This document shows, one piece after another, positions 56,971-64,000 of a stretch of 64,000 bases of DNA. Source of the stretch: Nitrosopumilus sp. (GTDB taxonomy: Archaea > Thermoproteota > Nitrososphaeria > Nitrososphaerales > Nitrosopumilaceae); the NCBI GenBank assembly GCA_965214775.1, contig OZ243974.1, forward strand, positions 1,824,001 through 1,888,000. The letters run 5' to 3'. Within the stretch, counting starts at the first letter, position 1. Each line of letters opens with the position of its first letter. The notes under the pieces were generated by a model. That model saw nothing but the letters and a program-made list of their open reading frames with translations. It was not told where the DNA came from and searched no databases. The position numbers were made by a program, and so were the translations under genes.

Positions 56971-57197
56971 GGTTGTTTCCTAATTCGCAGGAATTCCCGA
57001 AAACCGTTGAGATGCCAGCCAGCTAGGCACGAAGATCACGGTCATTCATGCTAATTCGTGCCTGATTGATGAGGGCAGGCGGCCCGCACCTTTTGCACGA
57101 CTGATCCGTGTGGGAAACGTGACCGCATACTGCAAAAGGGTGAAAATTCAGAAAAATATGTAGATTGAGTCAGGCAGGCGGAATCAGGAAATAGTCC
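56971..57197. mobile_element. MITE family A copy containing a family B insert
   Basis: GGTTGTTTCCTAATTC..GAATTCCCGAAAACC..GAGATGCCA, then CAGCTAGGCACG hairpin, then AAAAGGG..AAATTCAGAAAAA. Confidence 0.7.
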
Positions 57198-57222
57198 CCC
57201 CTTCAGTAAAAGAATTGCGGGC

Positions 57223-57516
57223 TCAGGTGAAATAGTGCTGTGTTGGCGTCGGGGGTCTTGAGAGAAACAGTAGCAACAAAAGAATTACAGGTGAAAAAAT
57301 AATGTACTTGAGAGGAGTCTTGTTAATCACATAGAAAGGAATGCCGATAATTCCGATTATCACTACCGCATCCACTACCTCAAATGGGACCATCTGACCA
57401 AAAACATAGATTTTGTTTGATGTAAGCAAGAGTAATACGAACATCACCGCACTAATTCCAGTGATTACCAGAGCATTCTGCACGATCTTCTGTTTGTTCA
57501 TATCTGACAGTTTCAT
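57223..57516 (-). CDS. Small hypothetical membrane protein (3 TM)
   Basis: Three hydrophobic segments in 97 aa. Confidence 0.6.
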   Translation of the reverse strand: MKLSDMNKQKIVQNALVITGISAVMFVLLLLTSNKIYVFGQMVPFEVVDAVVIIGIIGIPFYVINKTPLKYIIFSPVILLLLLFLSRPPTPTQHYFT

Positions 57517-57820
57517 GTTTATGATAAAAAAGTAACTGATCGGATTCCGGAAACCGTTTCTGATTTTGGGCACAGACTCCGTTTTGATCGGCGTTCACTA
57601 GTAGCAAAATTCACGCTTGGATTTCCAGGGCCCGATCAGTTATAACAACGAGTAGAAATAATTGAGGTTTTTTACATGTAGTTATGACCTATTTTGACTC
57701 AAAGACTTCTGCCAGTTGCTATACGTTGCTTTATTACGTATAATATATTGCCAGAACCAATCCATCTGCACATGCGCAGAATAATAGATCCTAATTCCTA
57801 TTTCTTTCAGAGCGATTTCG

Positions 57821-57988
57821 TCACTTTGACTTGTTAATATGCTTGTCAATGTTATCTAACAATTCTGAAAAACATTCACCCTTGATAACGTGTTCTTGTT
57901 TATTAAATTCCATCTTTGCTTTCTCCACCTGTTCCTTACTTTGTAATCTCGTTTGTTCTACTATTTCGCCATCTGCTACACTTGCCAT
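57821..57988 (-). CDS. Small hypothetical protein (55 aa)
   Basis: Own translation MASVADGEIVEQTRLQSKEQVEKAKMEFNKQEH...; GGTGA SD-like motif before ATG. Confidence 0.45.
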   Translation of the reverse strand: MASVADGEIVEQTRLQSKEQVEKAKMEFNKQEHVIKGECFSELLDNIDKHINKSK

Positions 57989-58032
57989 GGTCTCACCAAT
58001 ATTGTTGTGTTAATTAAACTTATTTCTCTTTC

Positions 58033-58153
58033 CAGTCTTCCCAGAAGTAACCGATTCGTGGTGGCGCAGGAGGTGATATGCGGATCTGCAGGCATCCTCA
58101 TTTGAATTGTTTCGAACCTGGGATAATTTGATGTGGTACTTTTGGGAAGACTG
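58033..58153. mobile_element. MITE family F copy
   Basis: CAGTCTTCCCAGAAGT ... ACTTTTGGGAAGACTG, 121 bp. Confidence 0.82.
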
Positions 58154-58230
58154 CTTTGCATGAAGGATAATTTGATCTCGTTGTGAAGGAAATATCACCA
58201 ATATTGAAATTTTCATGCTTCTCCTACAAT

Positions 58231-58410
58231 AGACCTTATGCGTAATCGCAAGAGTTTACCCTTCAGGCGACACTACTGACTGGAGCCTTCATGATCACGC
58301 CTGCCACGCCGTATCTCAGGCGAGGGGTAAACTTTTACTGCGTAATCTATTCAAAACTAGGATTATTACGAACAAATTCATCCCGTTCAGGTCGATTACG
58401 CATAAAGTCT
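58231..58410. mobile_element. MITE D with nested MITE C (58248-58338)
   Basis: C flanked by 9-bp duplication TGCGTAATC (58239-58247, 58339-58347), which is part of the D terminal repeat. Confidence 0.82.
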
Positions 58411-58414
58411 AATC

Positions 58415-61318
58415 TCATTCAATCAAAATTGCGGGCTTGAACGGCCTGGCATGCCTTGCCTTTCCCTTGGGATCATAGATGTCCTTCTCTGATTCCGAAT
58501 AGACCTCCACCTTTGCACCAAACTCTTTTCTGCCAATGCTGATCAGCTCGGATTTGAGAAACTCCTTTTCCTCAAAAGATTCGTCTGCCAGCCTCATTCT
58601 CTTGATGTTCTCTGGCTCTGAATGCAGATCCTTGACTGTCTTTTGAACAAAGTCCGGGTTCTTTTTTGCGTCAGCCGTTTCTGGATCTGCAATGAGTTCC
58701 TTCATCACGGCTCCCATACTGCTGTTTTGTCCCCCTCTTCCTCCGGCAGCCAACACGCCGAGTATCTTGCGGTAAACCTTGGATTTGAATTCGTCAGAAC
58801 TCACATACGCCACAATCCTTTTTGGCGTAATCTTTGTCACCCTGATAATGTTTGCAATGTCCTCTACGGTACTCTTTAGCAATTCCTCGGACTGGATTGA
58901 CGATGCATCAACCTCGCTTGGACTGTGTTTTGGCCAAGCTGATTTGGACACCAAACCCGCATTACCCAGCTTCTCCCACATCTCTTCAGATACGTGTGGC
59001 GCAAACGGGGACAGCACTGCAACCCTGTATGAGTTGACTTTGTGCAGAATTCCTGAGATATCGTCACCTCCCCTGTTCTTTGCAGCGGCCCTCTTTTTGT
59101 ACCAGCTCAGGTCCGCCTCAAACGTAAACAGGATGTCGTGGAGTGCCTCACGCAACCTCATCTTTTCAACGGCCTCGGTAATTTCGGCAATCTTGCCTTG
59201 GGTTTTAGACAGAATCCACCTGTCTTCTGCATGCAGTTTCCCGATCTCGGATTTTTTGAGCCTGGAGCATTCCCCTAACAGCGATTCCAGCTTGCCTTGA
59301 ATGCCTGAGACTGATTCCATGTTGAAATCAGCGTCCTGGAGCAGTTCTGCTGACGATATTATTGCCAGTCTGATTGGATCTGCGCCGTGATCCCTGACTG
59401 CGGCCCGCAGCGGGATGATGTTTCCCATGCTTTTGGACATCTTGGCTCCGCCCATCATCACGCTTCCATTCACGACGATCTCTTGCGGCCACAAACTTTT
59501 CTCAAATATTGCAACGTGATTCAAGACAAAAAATGACAGGTGGTTCTGGACCAAATCACGGCCCGAATGTCTTGAATCAACCGGATAGAAATATGCAAAC
59601 TCCTCTCTCATTGCATTGACTGTATCCTCAGACAATTTTGACGTGGATGCGGCCAGTTCCGCACTTTTCCTGCCTAACAGGACATAGTCAAAGAATTCCC
59701 TTGTAAGGTTTTCTGGCGTTGCAGTTCCGTCATTTACAAACCGCGACAGCGTATAGTATGCCATGTATATTACAGAGTCTGACAGGCTCTCGACTATCCA
59801 GCCGTTGTCCCATGGCAGCCTGGTTCCCAATCCCTGCTGCCTTGCACAAGCCCGCTCATGCAGCCAATCAATCACCTCGATAAACTCCGTCCTGATGTTG
59901 CCAGGCAGTATGTCCATATCATCCAAGCAGTCCCTGGCCAGTCCTTTCCATTCCTCATCACCATAATCCAAAAACCACTGGTCGCTGAGTACCTTGACAA
60001 CACATTCGGCTCCACAGCGACAGCGAACAGGCGCATTCTCCAGTACCGGGAATTTTTCCAAGCTTCCATTCTCTTGCAGCCAATCCCTGATCTTGTCCCG
60101 GCCAAACCGTACCTTCTCCCCGCCAAACTGTCCGCACCTGTCATTGAGTATTCCGCCTGTGAATTCTTTGAGGTAAAGTTCCTTTGTAGCCTCTTCCAGC
60201 CTGTCGTCTGTCTGGTCAGAAATTCCCATTTTCTCTACGATGTCTTTTGCCGGAATCATACCGTATCCGTCAGTTGCAATTATTGAAACCGGCTCTATCT
60301 TTGAGGCCTGTTCGTGGCTTTTGGCCTTCAAATCCATCAATGCCTGGTAGTCTTTTGGGGCGTGTCCTGGTACGGACATTACCAACCCCGTGCCCGTGCC
60401 GGGATCCACAAAGTCAGCAGGCAGGATTGGAATTTCCTGTCTGCCATCATGGCAGGCAACAGCATGTCTTCCAATTATGTCGCTTCCCGGAATCTCCCCG
60501 ATCTCCTTTACCTCTTTTTCAAAAAATGAGATCTTCTTTGCACATTCAGGCGAAACTATCCACGTCTTGCCATCCACTGATACTTTTTTGTAGACGGTGT
60601 TTGGATTGGCCCACAAATTGGTAATGCCAAAGATCGTTTCAGGCCTCAACGTCGTAATTGGAATTACAATCTCCTCCCCTAGACTGAACTTGATCAGGAA
60701 GTTTTTCTCATCAATTTTTGGCTCAACGTCTCCCATTGTATCGTGCTGTGATACCGGGTTTTGATCAACTGGACACCATCCAACGGGATGGCTGCCCTGA
60801 ATGATCCTCCCTCTTTCTTTGAGTGTGCTAATCTGCCATTTGACGAACTTTTGATAGCCCGGATCTATGGTCGTGAACTCCCGCCTCCAGTCAATGGAAT
60901 AGCCCATCTCGATCATTCCTGATTTGATCTCCTCATGAAAATAGTCTGCAATCCTTGCTGGCTCGACAAACGTCTTGATTGCATCCTCTGGTATGTGGTA
61001 AATGTTCCGCAGGCCATCCAGGATCTCTTTTTCTCCGGCCTCTATCCGCTTTGCCATTCCAAGTATCGGGGTTCCAGTATAGTGAAATCCCATTGGGAAA
61101 AGTACGTTGAACCCCTTCATTCTGAAGAATCTTGCGTGAACATCGGCAAGGGTGTATGTCCTTCCATGACCGACGTGCTGGGGGGAATTCGGATACGGAT
61201 AGGCCACCGTGATGAATTTTTTTGGTTTTTCGTCGTCGGGGTTTGCCTCAAAATCCCTGTTTTCCTGCCACTTTGTCCTCCACTTGTTTTCAATTTCAGC
61301 CCAGTTTATTGTCGTCAT
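58415..61318 (-). CDS. leuS: Leucine--tRNA ligase
   Basis: YPYPNSPQHVGH, TTLRPET, GTGLVMSVP, KMSKS. Confidence 0.96.
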   Translation of the reverse strand: MTTINWAEIENKWRTKWQENRDFEANPDDEKPKKFITVAYPYPNSPQHVGHGRTYTLADVHARFFRMKGFNVLFPMGFHYTGTPILGMAKRIEAGEKEILDGLRNIYHIPEDAIKTFVEPARIADYFHEEIKSGMIEMGYSIDWRREFTTIDPGYQKFVKWQISTLKERGRIIQGSHPVGWCPVDQNPVSQHDTMGDVEPKIDEKNFLIKFSLGEEIVIPITTLRPETIFGITNLWANPNTVYKKVSVDGKTWIVSPECAKKISFFEKEVKEIGEIPGSDIIGRHAVACHDGRQEIPILPADFVDPGTGTGLVMSVPGHAPKDYQALMDLKAKSHEQASKIEPVSIIATDGYGMIPAKDIVEKMGISDQTDDRLEEATKELYLKEFTGGILNDRCGQFGGEKVRFGRDKIRDWLQENGSLEKFPVLENAPVRCRCGAECVVKVLSDQWFLDYGDEEWKGLARDCLDDMDILPGNIRTEFIEVIDWLHERACARQQGLGTRLPWDNGWIVESLSDSVIYMAYYTLSRFVNDGTATPENLTREFFDYVLLGRKSAELAASTSKLSEDTVNAMREEFAYFYPVDSRHSGRDLVQNHLSFFVLNHVAIFEKSLWPQEIVVNGSVMMGGAKMSKSMGNIIPLRAAVRDHGADPIRLAIISSAELLQDADFNMESVSGIQGKLESLLGECSRLKKSEIGKLHAEDRWILSKTQGKIAEITEAVEKMRLREALHDILFTFEADLSWYKKRAAAKNRGGDDISGILHKVNSYRVAVLSPFAPHVSEEMWEKLGNAGLVSKSAWPKHSPSEVDASSIQSEELLKSTVEDIANIIRVTKITPKRIVAYVSSDEFKSKVYRKILGVLAAGGRGGQNSSMGAVMKELIADPETADAKKNPDFVQKTVKDLHSEPENIKRMRLADESFEEKEFLKSELISIGRKEFGAKVEVYSESEKDIYDPKGKARHARPFKPAILIE

Positions 61319-61341
61319 TGCATCCTCCTTTCTCTCCCTAC

Positions 61342-64000
61342 CTATCCCAAAATCATTGACTTTGCCTTGGCTACTGCCTGCTCCTTTTTAGACATGTCTT
61401 TTCCACCGCCCTGGGCAAATCTGGCATCTCCGCCACCTGAACCATCTAGAATCAAGGCTACCTCTCTGGCTATCTGTCCGGAGTTGATGCCCGAGTCGGC
61501 CCCTGCATGCACCATTATCCGCACTGTCGGGCCTGCCTCATAAATCCCGCAAAATGCCGAGGAGCTGTCTCTTGCAACCAGTCTCTTTCCAAAATTCTGA
61601 TGAAAGTAACCGTCATAGTTCGGACTTGATGTAAAGCACAATCTTCCTTTTGTAAAAATCCCATCTGGTTTGACTGATTCCCCGTTGAGGACTTTTTCAA
61701 GCAGTATCGGAATCCTCTCTCTTGCCTTTGCCTTGTTCTCGTCTCTATGTCTTACTAGCTGTTCTCTCTGTTCTGCCTCTTTGGTCCTGCGTTTTGACTC
61801 CTGTCCTTGCTGCCTTTCATATTCAAGCGCGCTTGGCCCTGAGACAAACTCCAGGCGGACGACTCCGTCCTGAATTCTCTTGGTCCTGGTAATTCTGATC
61901 AGTCCTATGTCCCCTGTTCTTTTGACATGGGTTCCGCCACACGCCTCAACGTCTTGGTTTTCAATTGATACTATCCTGACGGCCTTTACCGGGACCACCC
62001 CTCCCTGGTAAATTCTGAACCCATAAGTCTGCTCGGCTGCCCCTCTGTCATAATAGCCGATATTCACGCTGAGATTCTGCTTGATCATGCGGTTTGCCTC
62101 ATCCTCGATTTTCTTAACTTCGCTGTCTGAAAGGGACGAATGATGCGTGATGTCAAGCCTTGCGTGGTCGTCTTCCTTGAACGCAGAATGCTGCCAAACC
62201 CATGAGCCCAAAACCTTGCGTGATGACGCGTTTAGAATGTGGGTGCTTGTGTGGTTTTTTGTGATGTTGGACCGCCTTGCCTCGTTGACTCTGCACGAAA
62301 CGGTCTCTCCCTCCACTGGAACTCCGCCCTCTAGCCTGTGAACTATGATGTTTGCGTGCTTTTCAACGTCGACTACATTAAAACCCCCGATGCTCCCGTG
62401 GTCTGGCTCTTGACCGCCTCCCCTTGCATAAAACGACGTTCTGTCGAGAACCACCATGTTCTCAACCACTTTGAGCACCTTGGCTTCAAACTCCATTGGG
62501 TCATCCTGGTAGAACAGCATCTCGGTTTCCTGAATCCCCCCTTCCAATGGCAGCAGCTTTGCAACCGTCTTTTTTTTGTCTGACTGGTGCAAGTCAGACA
62601 GTCTTGAATAGAACGACGAGGGAATCTCCCCAATTGCATTTACTTCCTTGAGATATTCAGGCGTAATTCCCTCTGATTCGTAAAACGTGATCAGCTCGTC
62701 CACTGTCGGCGCCCCTTTTTCCCTGATTTTATCTGCCTTTTTCTTCATGTGTGTCTTTGATTCCTCATATCGGGAAGACTCTAGCCTCAAAATTTCTTTG
62801 ACGTCATCCCCTTTTTCATCAAGTTCCGGGTATGTCCCCTTTAGATAACCGATATGGGCATCAATCAAATCATCAATGTCCAGTCTGAGATTTAGTTTTG
62901 AGATTGTCGCATTTACCCTGCGCAGCATCATTCTGAGGTTGTATCCTCCGCCAACGTTGGATGGCAGTGCCCCGTCAGTAATTGCAAAAATTAGCGTCCT
63001 CAGATGATCTGCAATAAGATATGCTCCCTCCAGTGGCGTGATCATCCTGTCAAGTAGATCATCTGAAATTCCGGCGTTTTTTGTCGCAAGGCGCCTTACC
63101 TGGTTTAGATCATCAAAATGATCAATTGCCCTTGCAATTTCGGTAAAATACTTTCCAAGAACTTTTGAATCCGGATCAATGCCGATCACACTGAATAATT
63201 TTTCGTTTATTGGCCCAAAGCAGCAGTCATACGCAGTTGGAGTCCCCATGGTTATCCAGGCAAATCTTTCCAGGCCTGCACCCATGTCAATTACCCTTTG
63301 ATCTAACGTGGTGTGTCGGCCCAGCTCTCCCTGGAATTCGGTAAAAACGGCATTTCCCAGCTCTAGACCTCGCACAAAATATTCAAGGGATGGCCCAAAC
63401 GAGCCTCCCCCCGCCCAGACATCCTCTACAAAGACGACTTCGTCCCTGTTAATTCCGAACTGCTCGGTAAGCAGCCTGTAGTCCAAGTCAACGCACTCGT
63501 CTTTCCAGTACCCGCCGTTGCCGTCTGGAACGCTGTGCTGGCCAATCATGCAGAAACTTGAAAAGTGCCTTCCGGTAACCCCCACGTTTTCCAAATCCTT
63601 GAACCTCAGACAGGTCTGGGGGACAACAAGGGGATTTGCAGGAAACTCAAAGACAACCTTGGAGCCCATTACCCTTTGAAAGTCTACGATTGAGGCGACT
63701 GTAAAGTACAAGTCGTCACGCCATCTGCATACTACCGGGTACCTGCTTACCGATGTGTGGTTGTTTTTTACAAAAAACTCCTCGACATGCTTCCATGATT
63801 GGACATAATCGAATCTCTTTGATGTCGGCGGCTCCCCGATGAACGAATATGTGTCGAGCCCGTCATCCGGACAAAGGTTTCTATCGGCATTCAGCGTCCA
63901 GAAGAACCGCCCGCACTTTGAGCAGGATTTTCTGACAAACCCCTGTTCCTGGAACAACTTGACGTTATAGTATTTGTCGGGATCTGATGAAAATTCCCTG
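61342..64000 (-). CDS. alaS: Alanine--tRNA ligase (5' end outside window)
   Basis: DMGAGLER, IADHLRT, HTSTH, CGGTH, GGGDARFAQGGG; frame open to window edge. Confidence 0.96.
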   Translation of the reverse strand, partial: REFSSDPDKYYNVKLFQEQGFVRKSCSKCGRFFWTLNADRNLCPDDGLDTYSFIGEPPTSKRFDYVQSWKHVEEFFVKNNHTSVSRYPVVCRWRDDLYFTVASIVDFQRVMGSKVVFEFPANPLVVPQTCLRFKDLENVGVTGRHFSSFCMIGQHSVPDGNGGYWKDECVDLDYRLLTEQFGINRDEVVFVEDVWAGGGSFGPSLEYFVRGLELGNAVFTEFQGELGRHTTLDQRVIDMGAGLERFAWITMGTPTAYDCCFGPINEKLFSVIGIDPDSKVLGKYFTEIARAIDHFDDLNQVRRLATKNAGISDDLLDRMITPLEGAYLIADHLRTLIFAITDGALPSNVGGGYNLRMMLRRVNATISKLNLRLDIDDLIDAHIGYLKGTYPELDEKGDDVKEILRLESSRYEESKTHMKKKADKIREKGAPTVDELITFYESEGITPEYLKEVNAIGEIPSSFYSRLSDLHQSDKKKTVAKLLPLEGGIQETEMLFYQDDPMEFEAKVLKVVENMVVLDRTSFYARGGGQEPDHGSIGGFNVVDVEKHANIIVHRLEGGVPVEGETVSCRVNEARRSNITKNHTSTHILNASSRKVLGSWVWQHSAFKEDDHARLDITHHSSLSDSEVKKIEDEANRMIKQNLSVNIGYYDRGAAEQTYGFRIYQGGVVPVKAVRIVSIENQDVEACGGTHVKRTGDIGLIRITRTKRIQDGVVRLEFVSGPSALEYERQQGQESKRRTKEAEQREQLVRHRDENKAKARERIPILLEKVLNGESVKPDGIFTKGRLCFTSSPNYDGYFHQNFGKRLVARDSSSAFCGIYEAGPTVRIMVHAGADSGINSGQIAREVALILDGSGGGDARFAQGGGKDMSKKEQAVAKAKSMILG

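Overview
Genomic DNA of an ammonia-oxidising archaeon (Thaumarchaeota/Nitrososphaerota, Nitrosopumilaceae-like). The assignment rests on the unsplit Rpo1, the PEFG-CTERM and CFI-box-CTERM surface proteins and the gene order. A host-associated (e.g. sponge symbiont) lifestyle is inferred from the MITE/IS load, pseudogenes and a giant repeat adhesin. The core backbone is a Mn/Zn ABC transporter, CDF exporter, radical SAM protein, larB-mdh-larC-larE-iscS, four PEFG-CTERM genes, rpo5-rpo2-rpo1, lsm, adh, rpl30e-nusA-rps12-rps7, tRNA-Gln with intron, leuS and alaS (partial). Accessory DNA includes three IS elements with readable TIRs and target duplications, two of them with in-frame tandem-repeat expansions in the transposase. 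It also includes at least seven MITE families (several nested in each other's ends), an internally deleted IS110 inserted exactly into a MITE terminal repeat, and a MITE-bounded cargo transposon carrying an acylphosphatase gene. A 3.9-kb island is bounded by a 37-bp duplication of a convergent-gene junction. A 3961-aa surface protein carries six 7-bladed repeat blocks with hypervariable loop residues. All product calls come from recognising motifs in the sequence; no database searches were run.
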